Positions 47,703-62,949 of a stretch of DNA of 64,000 nucleotides are shown here, one piece after another (the first letter of the stretch is position 1; each line of letters starts with the position of its first letter). The translations under genes and the position numbers were made by a program. The notes under the pieces were generated by a model that saw only the letters and a list, made by a program, of their open reading frames with translations, ran no database searches and was not told the origin of the DNA. Source of the stretch: Neocallimastix sp. 'constans' (Eukaryota); the NCBI GenBank assembly GCA_050613775.1, contig JBODTK010000103.1, forward strand, positions 434,001 to 498,000, given 5' to 3'.

Positions 47703-48693
47703 ATATTTTATATATATATAAATATATTCTTTTTTTTACTAAAGAAAGAAAATAAATCAAATGTATATTAATAGAAAGCTGAAAAAAAAATAAAAAAGTT
47801 TATTTCATAATAAATGTTAAACTGCCTTAAATTAAAACATAAATATGTACAAAAAAAAAAAAATTAATAAATAAAAATTTAAATCACTCTATTACATTAA
47901 TTAATTAATTTATTTTTTTTAATTTTTTTTAAATGTATTCATACTATAAATAGCATATATTAAGTCATCCTAAAAAATGAATTTTAAAGTTAATGCAAAT
48001 ACTATATAATATAATAATATAATAATACATAATAATATAGTACATAATAAAATAATATATAATAGCACATAATAATAATTTATATATAATATTATATGAT
48101 ACCAATATAATTCTTAATAATTAAAATACAATTGTTAATAATAAATGAATTCATCCTTATTGAATAGTTAATGTCATCATCACCTATAAATTTAGATCAC
48201 CTCTAAATGTAGAATATGAAATAGTCTCTGGAATGTTACACTAAATAAATTAAAAATAAAAAGGAAAATATAAATAATAATTTCTAAAAATACCCTAAAA
48301 ATAAAATTTATTATTGAATATTTCCTTTTCATTGATGGATATATTTATGTATACATTAAAAAAATTTTTTTTTTCTTTTTTTCTTTTTTTAAAAAAAAAA
48401 AAAGATTAAAAATAAACAAAAAAAAAATAATAATAATAAATAAAAATAATTCAAACTAAGCAAAAAAAGAATTTTATATATATATAAAATCAATGATGAC
48501 TATTTGATATTTAATAATCAATAATAAGAAAGTAGAACATCATATGAATTAATTTTATATTAATTATTTTATTCTAGCTCATAATGACTATATAAATAGC
48601 TTATTATTATCTAATATTTAATACTTTTTATAGATTATAGAATATATTTATTATGTATTATTTAATTATTTTATGTATTGTTTTGTTAGTATT

Positions 48694-48880
48694 ATGTAGT
48701 CATAAATTGATGAATGTAGTCATAAATTGATGTATGAAGTAATAAATTGATGTATGTATGTAGTAATAAATTGATGTATGTATGAAGTAATAAATTGATA
48801 TATGTATGAAGTAATAAATTGATATATGTATGTAGTAATAAATTGATGTATGTATGTAGTAATAAATTGTAATAAATTGA
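48694..48880. repeat. Minisatellite, 20-24-bp unit (ATGT)ATGTAGTAATAAATTGATGT
   Basis: About 8 adjacent, slightly varying copies with no unique spacers. Confidence 0.88.
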
Positions 48881-50436
48881 GGTATATTGAAATTTAATAT
48901 ATTAATTTCATAAATCTCATAAAATTGTGTAAATTTATATAGTATAGTATAATTTAGTATAATAAAATATAAACTCTAATATAAATTTAAAAATAATAAT
49001 TAATTTTAAATTAACTTTTTATATATATTAAAAAAAAAAAGTAAAAAAATAATTTAATAAAATGGTTTAATTGTTACTAAAATTATTCTAACCTATAGAG
49101 AGAAGAGAACGAAAGATAAAAAAATTTTTTTTAATTTGATATGTATTTAATCCAAATTTTGTTAAATTTAGGAAAATTACAATATAATTCATCATTTTAT
49201 ATTGAAATATATGGTCTTATATATTATTAATATACTATATTATATATAACTTTATTAGCCATTCTTATGTAAATAATACAAAATAATATTATCCAATAGA
49301 ATATCATATATATGACATTACTTAATGTTATGAAATATATTATATATTATTAATTATTTCATATAATTTAAAATATATAATCGTAAATGATTTATATGCA
49401 AATACATATATAAATTTTATATTTTATTTTTTAAGAATAAGAAAGATTCCTATTTATTTTACAATATATTATAATATACAATAATATACATTTGAGCTTT
49501 TTCTAATTATAGGCTAAGTTCAATTTAATAATTTATTTATAGCATATAATATATATATTTCTATTATAGATTAGTTACATATTAGTATATAAAGGCTTAT
49601 AAATGAAAAATATTTATTATTAATTAAAATTATTTATTAAATAATAAAAAAACTTGACGAATCATTTCTTTTTTTCAAACTATCATTTTATTTATATAGT
49701 TACTATTATCCACTTACATTCTAATATATTATATTTATATAAATTTATTATATTAAAACATTAGTATTCTATAAAAAAAATCCAAACCAAATTAGAAATA
49801 TTAAATTTTTTATAGTTTTTTTTATAAAATATATATTTTATATTTATTTTATGTAAATTTATATATTAATGTTATATATTAATATAAATTTTATTTATAT
49901 TTATTTTTTTTTATTAATTTTTTAAAAAAATATATATTTAAATTTTTTTAAATTAAATTTAATAAATAAATTTTAATATATATAAAAAAATTTATTAATT
50001 CAATTAATTTTTATTTAATTGTACAATATATTAGTTGTATATTAAATTCAATTGCATATCAATCATGTATTATTTTTAAAAATGTTATTAATAAATAAAT
50101 TTAACCAATAAAATAAATTAATAAGTAAGTAATAAAAATAGTAAATATATAGTAAATATATAATTTATATATATAAATTTTAATTAATAAATATATTAAG
50201 CCTTTGTAGTTTAAAAGTTTAAAAATTATCTTATTATTTTTGAGGACAAAAATCAACTAAGTATTAGTTGATTTTTTAGTTCGCCAATACTTTTAAAGAT
50301 AAGAAAATTAAGCCAATAATATTTTATCTATATTAAAATATTATGTAATTATTCCTGCTTATCTATTTTTGTATAATTATAAAAGATGATTTTGATGATT
50401 TTTCTTATTAAGAATAAAGGATAATCTAAATTGTTT

Positions 50437-50468
<32 letters not shown>

Positions 50469-53400
50469 GAATTATTTCTTAAAATAAACTAAAATTTTTA
50501 AAATTTGATAGTAATAATTAAACAAATATTTATATAAGAATTAAATAATTTTGATTAATATAAATAAAATAAATTTTTATAATGAAAATAAATTTATAAT
50601 AATAATCAAAATAATCAAAATAATTCTAATTTCAATTATCAAATCAAATCAAATTACAAAAAAATTTATAATAAATAAGTAAATAAATAAAATAAAATTA
50701 CATATATATTACAAAACTAATAATTCTTATCCTCTTTTTATATAATATAAAATTATAATAAATAATAAAATTAAATATAGTAAATAATAGAATATAATAA
50801 ATAATAATTAAATAAATAATAATAAATAATAAAATAAATATTAAATAAAATAAATATTAAATATAATAAATATTAAACAAAATAAATAATAAATAATATA
50901 TAATAAAATAAAAATTTTTTTTTAATTGAAGAGGTTTAACCTAAATAATAGATTTATAATATCAATTTTTCTTTTATCAATAATTTTATTTTAATATTTG
51001 TTTTAAGACTCTGAATTCTAAAACTTTAGTCTGTCATCAACTAGAAACTTGTATTTTGGAAATACAAAAAAAAAAAAAAAAAAAAAAAAGCTAAAAAATA
51101 AAATCTCAGAAAAAAATGAAAAGCGACATTTAAACTCTCTATTGAAAACGTTCACGATAATCTAGGCTATTATAAACTACTTTCAGATATAAGAAAAAAA
51201 AAAAAAAAAAAAAAGGCATTTGGGAGAATATTATACATGATATGATAGATGAGATGAATAATACTATTTAAACTGATTAACAGAAAGAGAATTATTGCTA
51301 ACAAATGAAATATTTGCTAGCATTACGATAGGCCATGCTCTCTTCACAGATAAAAAAAATTATAAAAATGAAAATAAAAATAAAATACAAAATAAAATAA
51401 ATTTTTTTTATGAGAAAAAAATACAATAGCCATTTTATATTTTCAGCTATTAACATTTTATATATATATATATATTTATTTATATATTTTTTTATTTATA
51501 ATAGTTAAAAATTTTTTTATTGAAATGTTTTATTTAGTTTTTTAACCCTTTTTAAAATGAATTCTTTGGAATAAAATTCAACTTCTTTAATACTTTGGTA
51601 TAGTAAAAAAAATTATAAAGTATTAATAAAAATAATATAAAATAATATGAAAGAATATAAAATAATATGAAAGAATATAAATATTATAAATATAAATATT
51701 ATAATAATAATAAATTTATATTTAAAGTAAAAAAATAAAAAAAATAAAATAAATTTATATTACATATATAGTAAATAATAAATAATAAATAATAAATAAT
51801 AAATAATAAATAATAAATAATAAATAGTAATAATAATAATATATTTAAAATTAAAAAAAATTACATAAATAATAAATAATAAATTATAAATAATAAATAA
51901 TAATAATAATAATAATAAATTTAAAATTAAAAAAAAATAAACATAAAAGTAAATTGATTTATTTTCTCTTATGTACATTAATGGCTGGATAAAAAGTTAC
52001 ATGGTATTTTATGTATTTTATATAGCTAGCTTCTTATGACATGATTTGTATTTGAATTTCTTTTTTCATTTGTACATTAACCTTAATATATAAATGAAAA
52101 AAAGAAATTCAATATATAAAAAGGGTTAGAAGTAAATGAATAAAATGGAATGTGATACATTTTGTAATATGGCTTATAAAAATTTAAATAAAGCCATACA
52201 TTTAATTAAATTATTTATCATCCATCTTTCATTATATATAATATATAAAATTATTGCGTATCTTTTCATTTTATAAAAAAAAACTATTACCCATCTTTTA
52301 ATTTTAAAAGTTAAATTATTATTACTTATCTTTTAATTATAAAAGTAAAATTATTACTACTCATCTTCTAATTATAGAAAAATTTATTGAAAATAATATA
52401 CCTTTTTTATATTTATACAAATTTTAAATAAATAATTACAGATACGTATATCTTTTATTATTAAAAAAATTATTACTACTCTTAATATATAAAAAATTTT
52501 ATTTTACATTTTTATTGTTCATCTTTAACTATGGAAAAACTTATTATTACAGGTTTTGTAATAATATATTACTATGCATCTTCAATTTTATATAAATTTA
52601 ATGCAAATAAAAAATATATATATTAATACAAATTTTAAATAAATAATGAATAAAATAATTTCTATAATTATTATTATTATTATTATTATTATTATTTATT
52701 ATTATTATTATTATTTATTATTATTTATTATTATTTATTATTTATTATTATTATTATTTATTATTATTATTTATTATTTATTATTATTATTATTATTATT
52801 TATAATTATATTCATTATTATTTATTATTATTTATTTATTATTATTTATTATTATTTATTTATTATTATTTATTATTATTTATTTATTATTATTTATTAT
52901 TATTTATTTATTATTATTATCCATGTCTAATTTTTTAAAAAATTAATTTTTATTCATCTTCAATTATATTAAATTATTTTTTTGAGTATCTTTTAATTAC
53001 AGGAAAAAATATTATTATGCATTCTTAATTATATATATAAAAAAAATGTGTATCTCTAATTATAGAAAAAAAAAAATTTTTTTTTAATTGAGAAATAAAA
53101 ACTTTTTTTTTTTATGTATATATACATATACTTTTATATTAATTGATATTTTTTTAAATATATAAAAATTTCAAAAATAAAATAAAAATAACTGATGATT
53201 ATTAATAATTAATCAATTAACAACTAATAATTCATTAATAAGATAAAATTTTGATATAAAAATAAAAAAAATGAAATTTCTTTTTCATTTAATAGTAATA
53301 ATTATAATAATTATAATATTTTTTTTTATTTTCTATTTTTATATTAATATAATAGTATTTATAGTTCTTTCGTTTTTCGTTATTTCGATTTTTTCGATTA

Positions 53401-54873
53401 TTTCTTTTTTTTTTTTTTTTTTTTTTTAATATTATTTTAATTTTAATAAATACTTTTCTGTTTATTATTTATCTATTTATATTAACAAAAAATTTATCAT
53501 TAATTATTTGATATGATTCATTTTCATTTTTAATTAATGAATTTTATTCATCCTCCTTTCTCCTCTCTCTAATAATTAATATATATATATATATTTCATC
53601 ATTATCATCATTCCTTCCCTGAATAAATTAAAGCCAATAGTAATTAGTAATCATCATTAATATAATTATCCTATTATCCTATTCCTTTAATTTATTCCAC
53701 TTCATTATATCTAAAAATAATACCAGTAATAAATATATTCATCTTTATCATCCTTATTTAAAAATTTTTTTTTTATAAAATATATATAAAATTATGAAAT
53801 TAAATAATTCTCTTATAATGCTATCAATAGTATATATTATATATAAATTTTTAATTTTAATTTTAACTATAATTCAAATAATAAGAAATAAAAGGTTATA
53901 TTAAAATATATATATATTTGAAAAAGTGAAAGAAAGAAAAAAAAAAATAAAATAAACATAAAAAAAAAAATTAGATATCTTGATATCTTAAATTTAATTT
54001 TTTTATTTTAATTTTATTTTATTTTTTTTTTTTTTTTTTATTTTAATTTTAATTTTATTTTATTTTAATTTTATTTTAGTTTTATTTTATTTTAATTTTA
54101 TTTTAATTTTATTTTTTTTTTTTTTTTTTTAATTTTTATATTAATTTTCTTAATTAATATAATTAATATAGTTATTAAAAGTAAAGTATAATAAAATTAA
54201 ATAAATTTATATAAATAAATAAACAAAAAAAAAGTAAAGATAGAATAAGACACTCTTGGATTAGATTAAGTTGAATTTAAAGGGAAAAAAATCCCTTTTT
54301 TTACTGTTATTATTATTTACTATTATTTTTATTATTATTAGTATTTTATTATTATTTTATTACCATTATTATTTTAAGGGAAAATAATAATAATAATGAA
54401 TTCTTTTTTTTTATATAATCAAGTTTTTTTTTTTTTTTAAAAAAAAAAAATTGGATTTCTTTTAACTTTTTTAAACTTTTTTTTAGGATGGGAAAAATAA
54501 TAATAATAATATATATATTAAAAATAATAATAATAATAATTAGTAATAATAATAATAATAATAATTAGTAATAATAATAATAATAAATAATAATAAATAA
54601 TAATAATAAATAATAATAATAAATAATAATAAATAATAATAATAATTAATAATAACAATATAAATAATATAAATAATAATAATAAATAATATAAATAATA
54701 ATAATAATTAATAATAACAAAATAATATAAATAATAATAATAATAAAAAATATAAATTATAATAATATATTAAAGAATAAATGGATATTAATAATAATAA
54801 TTATTTAAAAAATTTATAATTAAAAATTGAAATGAAATCCCTTTTTTTTTTCCCCTTTTCCATTTTCCCTTTT

Positions 54874-54922
<49 letters not shown>

Positions 54923-55639
54923 TTATGGTTATGATTATTTTTATTTTATTAATTTTATTTTTTATTTTTATTTTTATCTTTTTCACTTAATGCAAATTTA
55001 ATATAACTAATAATATCTAAATAATATTTCTTTTTTTAAAAAAAAAAAGTTTAAAATTTTGGTTTTAAATATCAATTTTCTTATTTTTTTGGATAAATAC
55101 TAAAGTATGACAACAACATCAGACAACTAATTTAAAATTATATATATATATATATTATTTATTTATTTACTTATTTATTTATTTATTTATTTAATAATAG
55201 TAAATAATAAAAAAAATAAAAATAAAAAAAAAATAAGAATTAAATAATAGCAAAATAAATGTAATAAAGACTACGTTAATTTTTTTTTTTTTTTTTAATG
55301 TTTTGTAAACGGTAATTATCAATACCTTTTGTTAAGAAACACCTTTAAAATTTATAAATTATGTAATAGATTTATTTATTTATTTTATTTATTTATTTAA
55401 TATTAATAAAATTATTGGAGAAGTTTTAGAAAATAAATAAATTTATGAATATACATCTTAAATAATTAGTTCTTAATTATTAATATTAAAAAAAAAATTG
55501 AATTTGATATTTAATTATGCATATATATAAAATAAAATTTTGATATTTATGTTATGAATATATCGATATATGAATCAAATATTAAAAAATGATTTTTAAT
55601 TAGGTTTTTTTAATTAGGTTTTTTGTTTTTTTTATATAT

Positions 55640-56030
55640 ATATAGATTGGGGTAACTAAAGGGAAGGACATTAGGGCCTCCAGCCGTCTCTCCCTTAAAC
55701 GTATTAGATTCTCATTCCAAAGCAAGGCTATTATGAAAGGCATTCTCTATATACCACTTCATACGACGAGCTTCTTTTTTTTTAAGTGATCTGTTGAAGA
55801 ACCATTGTCAAGGAAGGAACAACTTAACACTAATCTTTTCTCACAGATCAATCAAGTGCTCTCTGCACTGAAAATTATATAGTCCAGCAACAGGAATATT
55901 TAAACCATAGCGAATGAACGTCAAGATTCATTAATAGTTAAAATAAAAAAATTGCTCCATATAAATTCAAGAGGTAGACTCATAGTCGATCTAGAAACTA
56001 TATTTGTGATAGTCCCAACTACTAAATCAT
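55640..56030 (-). mobile_element. Probable degenerate retroelement 3' end
   Basis: Isolated GC-richer island with broken coding-like sequence. The minus strand ends in a hairpin (AAGGGAGAGAC...CCCTAATGTCCTTCCCTT) followed by CAATCTAT, resembling the ends of the elements at 37671 and 30540. Confidence 0.4.
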
Positions 56031-57551
56031 AATTATGAATATATTAAAATAATAAAAAAAAATCCTTGATATTTAATTAGGGATATATAAATAAATAAAT
56101 AAAAAAAAAAGAAAAAAAAAACAACTAAAATAAATAACACTTACTTTAATAAAAAATTTTAAAACAAAAAAATAAAAAAATAAAAAAAAAAAAGTTAAAA
56201 AAAAAAAATTACTTTCTCAAAATTAAAAAATTTTAGTTAGTACTTCAATTTTTCATTTCTTTAGTCCTATTATATTACATTATATATCATTTAATATCAT
56301 TGTTTAATTTAATAATTTAATAACTTATATTTAAATAACACAATTATTTTATTAAATATTACATTCGAAGAAATAGAGTTTATGAATCTTATCAAATTTT
56401 ATTTTACTTTATTCAATCTGTACTTTACTTTATATTTATGTTTAAACTATTTATTTTATTTAACTTTATTTTATTTTATTCTATCTGTACTTTATATTTA
56501 TATTTCAACAATTGATTTTGTTTTATTTCACTTTATCATATTTTATTCCTTCTGTACTTGATATTTGTTAGAAAATTAGTATTTTTAGTTTATAAATTTA
56601 ATTAACATTTTAATTAATATTTTTATTTTATTACAACTTTTATTATAATTTTAAATATTAAATAGTTTATTATAAATAAATAGGATATATTATATTAATA
56701 TATATAATAGTTTATATAGTTTATGAATATAGTTTTAAAAAAATTTTTATTTTATTAAAATATGTATGATCCATCAAATGTATTTTGTATGTATAAATAA
56801 CATTAAATTATGTATTCTTAAAAAATAAGCCTTTTGCTTCAAATAAATAAAGTTAATAAATAAACAAATATTGAGATTTTTTAACAATATTAATATTTTA
56901 ACAATTGATTTTATTTTATTTAATTTTATTTTATTCAATCTGTACTTTATATTTATATTTGAACTATTAATTTTATTTTATTTATATTAATATTCTAATA
57001 TTTATATTACTTCACTATTTATTTTATTTTATTTATTTATTTTATTTTATTTTACTTTATTTTATTTTATTTTTTTTTTTTAAACTGCCTTTTATTTTAT
57101 ATTAACTTGAGATTAGAAAAGTAATTCATAATAAAGATCATTTTTATTATAAAGGGTTATGTTATTGAATCTAGTGCATTTCGTAATCGTTCATTTAGCA
57201 ATATTTTATATGTGGCTTGTTTTTAATAATTAAATAAATAATTAAATAAATAATAAATATTTTTTTTTTATATATATATAATTTATTAATATTCAATTTT
57301 AAAAATAATTTTTATAATTCTTTTTTAATAGAATATCTTATTATTTCTTTTGAAATAATATTTAATAATATTTAATAGAAAACATATATTGTTATTTCTT
57401 TTACAAGAATTTATTTATTTATTTATTTATGATTGTATAGAGTATCTTAAAAATGTATGGCATTATTTGAAAACTATTATACGTCACATTACAAAATACA
57501 CGATTATGTTATTATATATTACCTAATCTTTTTATAATTAAATAATTTTAA

Positions 57552-57850
57552 TGGGGAGAGTTGCATTTCGCAAGTGGCGTATTGATATAAATAAATGAAT
57601 GAATAAATAAATAAAAATTTAAAATATGTTTTTAAAACTTTTTTTCATAATATATATTTAATAATCAATATTATTTTATTATTATTATTATAATGTATGA
57701 ATATTATTTGTAAAAATAATATTTAAATAATATTGATTATTAAATATATTATAAAAAAAGTTTTTAAAAGTATATTTTTAATTTTTATTTATTTATTTAT
57801 TCATTTAATAATTTTCAAATTAGCGAAATGCAACATTTTTTAATACCCCA
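57552..57850. mobile_element. Foldback/MITE-like element with long inverted repeats
   Basis: Termini TGGGG...GTTGCATTTCGC (57552-57571) and GCGAAATGCAAC...CCCCA (57823-57850). Internal arms at about 57594-57677 and 57723-57807 are near-perfect reverse complements. Confidence 0.7.
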
Positions 57851-59090
57851 CATGCTTCAAAAATTTGGTGAAATGAAACCTGGGGAAATGTTATGTATTT
57901 ATATCATTTAAATTAATTAAACATTTAAACCGAAATTCATAAATATCATTTCTAGATCTTCCATTATCAATTAATTTGAATTCCATAGTTTTGTATTTTT
58001 CAATAAAAATATTGATTTCATCAGTTTTTTCTAATTCCTTTTTTTTTTTTTTTTTTTTTTAGATTTCAGAGCTTTTTCTTATATAATCATTTTATAATAA
58101 ACATATATGTTATCATATTTTACTTCATTATAACATAGTTCATTTTTTTTTAAACTCTAATGCTCTTTTATTGTGCCAAATACAGTGTTTAATATTTATA
58201 TAAAGAAATTTTTTTTTTCTGTTGCATTAGATATGCCTTTTTCGAAATTACAATAAGAATTTCTTAAAGTAATTATAGTATTATTGTTATACTTATTAGT
58301 ATTTTTTTTTTTTTTTTTTTTTTTTTGGTTTTGTTTTTCAAGTAATAACCCATATATAGCTTGTTCTTTATTTTTTTAATATCGAAAAAGAAGTAGTATA
58401 AAAACTATTTAAATCTTTAATATAAATTCTTGTAATGAACATTTGATAACTAATTTTAGGTGTAATATAAAAAGAATCATCTTAAAAATATATCTTTATT
58501 TAACTTCATAAATAATTTTGCTTGGAATGGGGATTGGATAATTATTAAATTTGGATTTTTGAATATAATAAAATTCTTATTTCTTACTGTTTTATAAAAA
58601 ATTTTGATTCATAAGGAATAACATCGAACTTTGATACATCAGGACATAATTGTATATTTATATTTCTCGTTAATTGAGATTTAATTTCATTATATTTAGG
58701 GCGTATAAATTCAATTTCTTGTGAAACTTCATTAAATATATATATTTAGGTTTTATACTTAGAGGAATTGAATTTTTTTCTAATTTCATCTTTAATTTTA
58801 TATTTTGCAATCGATTGCAATCGATTTAGATTAATTATTAATTAATTTTTCAAGATGATTATGTAAATTTTAATATCTTTAAATAAATGAAAATCTTTCA
58901 TTATTTTAAACGATAAGAAGGAAATTTTTAAGATTTATATTTAATACATTTATATACTTTAAAATTATCGTTTTTTTTTTTTTTAGATGAGAATAAAATT
59001 TATATTTTATATTTTTTTGTCAATAATAATTTGTTCTTTTTTTATTAGTTTCATTTATTTTAATATTTATATTATCTTTTATTTACATTT
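57851..59090 (-). mobile_element. Mutator-like (MULE) DNA transposon relic, disrupted transposase
   Basis: Minus-strand pieces: KVYKCIKYK (FLYWCH-like), IIIQSPFQAKLF..DIF.DDSFYITPKISYQMFITR (degenerate DGTF motif), CNFEKGISNATEK..INIKHCIWHNKRAL (MULE D..CxxH motif), ending FKCLINLNDINT*. Many frameshifts and poly-T interruptions. Confidence 0.82.
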
Positions 59091-59167
59091 ATAATAAAAA
59101 ATTTTAATTAAATAAATATATTTAATTATATTTATGGTTTAGAGTCTTATAATTAAATTTATTATTT

Positions 59168-59223
<56 letters not shown>

Positions 59224-60638
59224 TAAAGTATTTTATAAGAAAATATTTTATATTAAATGTTCAAAAAATAAATATTTATATAATTATTTGTTATTTATAT
59301 TAAATTTCTTTTTTTTTACTATATATTTAAATATTTATTCTGAATAAACTAGTATTAATTATTTAGTTTTTTAATTATTCAGATTACTTAATTATATAAT
59401 ATTTTTAGGAATATATTTTATTTTTTAATATTTAATAAGTAAAACATTTATTTAATAAATTATTCTGAATAAAATTAGTATTAATTATTCAATTTTTTAT
59501 TTTATTTTATTTTATTTTAATTATAAATCGTTTTTAGGAAAATATTTTATATTAAAAAATAAAATATTTATATAATTATTTATTTATATATAATTATTTA
59601 TAATTTATTTTTATTGGTTTAAATTTATTTATTTTAAATAAATTAATATTAATTTCAGATTTTTATTTATTTCTAAACATGATTATAATTTATTTATTTA
59701 TATATTTTATATATTATTGAAAAAAAAAAAATATTAAAAAATTTATAAAGTCACATATTCAAATTAACGAATGTGTTAAATTTCGCAATGCAATACATTC
59801 TTTAATTTGAATAGTGCAGGATGCTTAATTTTTTTATGTAGGTTTTAACACACTAAATTTGCCACAAATTATAATAATAACAAATTGACATAAAATTTGC
59901 CACAAATATAATAATGATAATAATAGAAATATAAAATTATAAAAATACTAATAAATATTATATTAATTGTTAATAACATATTATGAACAATAATAGTAAA
60001 GATTATACTAATGATTAATGAAAAGTTATGAACAATAATAATGATATAAAAAGAAATAATAACTTTTATCAAATGGTACTAAAAAAATAAAATATATGGA
60101 ATTAATATTACACGAATATAGTATATTAATTATAAATATGTAATACTGTGAAATTATTTTAAATAACTTATAAAATAAGTTATTTTATTGTAATACAATA
60201 AAATAAATGAAATTTTAATTTTTTTTTTTTTTTTTTTTTTTTTTATGGAAGATTTTTTTTATTTTATGAAATTTTTTATTATTCTATAAATATAAATTAT
60301 TCTATAAGTTTTTATTTATTTTTATTTTATTATTATTTTGATTAAAATTTTTATAATAAATATATTAATAATTGTATATATTTAATCCCTTTTTCACATT
60401 TATTTATTTCCTCCTTTTATTTTTATTTTTTTATATATTTTTTCCTTTATTATGAATTATACATATATAAATTAATAAATGTATATACATAATTTTTTTT
60501 TAATTTTAATTTTATATATTTATATTTATTTTTTTTAATCTATAATTACAATCATATATAAGAAAGTGAAAAAAATTTTTTTCCTTAGTTATTTCTGTTC
60601 AATATTAATAATTAATTTATTTTATCTGATTTATTTAA

Positions 60639-60744
<106 letters not shown>

Positions 60745-61317
60745 TACATCATATAGATGGATCATACATTTATAAAAAAAAACAAAAAAACAAAAAAATT
60801 TTTAATACTTACCTTATATAGTAATTAAATATAACATATATATATATATTTTTTTTTGGAATCAAAATTCTTAAATTTTTTTTATTTGTTATTTTTAATT
60901 TTTTTTTTATATTATTTTGATATATAATAATATAGATAAATGTTATTTATCTAATGTACTGTTATAACATTTTTATAAATTTATTTTATTTTATTTTTAT
61001 ATTTTTTAATGTTTGTTATTTATTTTAATAATTAATTATTTAATTTTTTTATTTTATTTTTTTTTTTAAAATTTTTATTATAACTTATCACTTATATTGA
61101 ATTCTATTGAATATTCAATAATGGATAGTTTTATAGAATTAGATTAATACTAATCACATTTATTTCAATTACTATTACTATAAATAATATTAGTATTGTA
61201 TTATAAAATAATAATTTTAATATAAATTTTTTTTTTTAATTTTTTTTAATAATATAATTATTATTTCAATTATTTTAATTAATTAGAATATGGATAATAT
61301 AATGGTCGTAATGGTAT

Positions 61318-61716
61318 ATATATCTTTTTTATTTTTATTTTTTTATTTTTTTATTTTTCATTTTATTTTTTTTTTAAATGCAATTGTTTAATATTAAACT
61401 ATAAATATATAATTAATAATTAATATATGCATATATATAGTTATTTTCATTAACATATTTGAATAAAAACTATATTGAAATTTTTAATAAAAATAATAAT
61501 GTTCAAGATATTAATAATATATATATTTATATATATCTTTTTTATTTTTTTTTAATTTTTTTATTTAATTTTATTTTAAATGCAATTGCTTAATATTAAT
61601 AATTAATATACATATATATACCAAATATGTTAATGAAGTTATTTTCATTAACAAATTTGATTAAAATTATATTGAAATTTATAATAAAAATAATAATGTT
61701 AAGATATCAATAATAA
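61318..61716. repeat. Local tandem duplication, two diverged copies of about 190-210 bp
   Basis: Blocks AAATGCAATTG.TTAATATTAA and GTTATTTTCATTAACA.ATTTGA.TAAAA..TATATTGAAATTT.TAATAAAAATAATAATGTT recur about 200 bp apart. Confidence 0.7.
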
Positions 61717-62110
61717 TGATGCATATTGTAATGATAATTAGTAATAATAATAATAAATAAATAAATAATATTAATAATAAATAAATAATCATAAATTTTT
61801 TAAAAATAATTATTATTTTAATTATTATTATTATTATAACTATTTTTATTATCAATTTTTTTTACTTCAGAAAACAAATGATTTAAATAGATATATTTAA
61901 TATTAATTCCATTAAAATTTATAATAAATTTAATTTTAATTTATCAAATTGTAACATTAATAACTTTTTTTTTTATTGAATTATTTTTTAAATGTTTTTA
62001 ATTTTTTTTTTTAATTAAATATTTAAGTATAAAAAATCAATTAGTTTAAAAAATTAATTTATGGTCGTGGTAATAATAAATATATATATATATTATTATT
62101 ATGACCATAA

Positions 62111-62144
<34 letters not shown>

Positions 62145-62949
62145 GAAGTGTTTTGTATAAATACAGTAAAACTGAACTCTTAGTATTTTTTTTTTTTTTT
62201 AATTTCAAAAAGTTTGAAAAATTTAAAAAAAAAAAAAAATTTTATTTTTAAAAATATAATAAAAAAAATTAAATAACTTAATAGATTTTATTAAAGTTAA
62301 ATAAAAAAAAAAAAAAAAAAAAGAGGGATATCAATCGAAAATTTTATTATATTAGAATTTTTATAATATTTATAGTATTTATTACAATCTAAGAAAAAAA
62401 AAATTCGAATACATATATTATTTGTAAGTAAATATAAATAATAAATAAATAGTCAAATATTGAATGTATGAATATTTAATAATAATAGATAAAATTTTAT
62501 ATGCGTTATTTTTTTTTTATATTATATTATAAATATAAATATATATATATTTTTTTAATAGTTTATAATAATATAAAAAAATATCAAGAAAAAATTTCAA
62601 TACTTAGCAATAATTTTTTTTTTTTTTCATGTAAATTAGAAAAAAAAAAAGAAAAAAGAAAAAAGAAAAGAGACTCAAGGAGACAATCTAAAGCAATAGA
62701 ACAATAGAAAAAAAAACTTATTTTTCATAAATAAAAAATTTGAATTAAAAATTTCAATAAAAAAAGCTTTTTTATTGTAATTTTCCATTTTTAAATATTT
62801 TTAAATATTATGTGGATAATACAATAAAATTTATATCATTCTTTTCTTTTTTATTATTATTTTTATTTTTATATATAAAAAAATAAAAATAAAAATAAAA
62901 AAAAAAAAAATTATTTAACTTTGGTAATTCATATAATTTAAATGATAAA

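Noticed and set aside
48694..48880. CRISPR-like array
   Set aside because: Repeats are contiguous without unique spacers, the context is eukaryotic and there are no cas genes; it is a minisatellite.
50930..51350. Possible Tc1/IS630-type transposase remnant (DLN.IENV-like after frameshifts)
   Set aside because: Needs several assumed frameshifts for one short motif; not supportable without a search.
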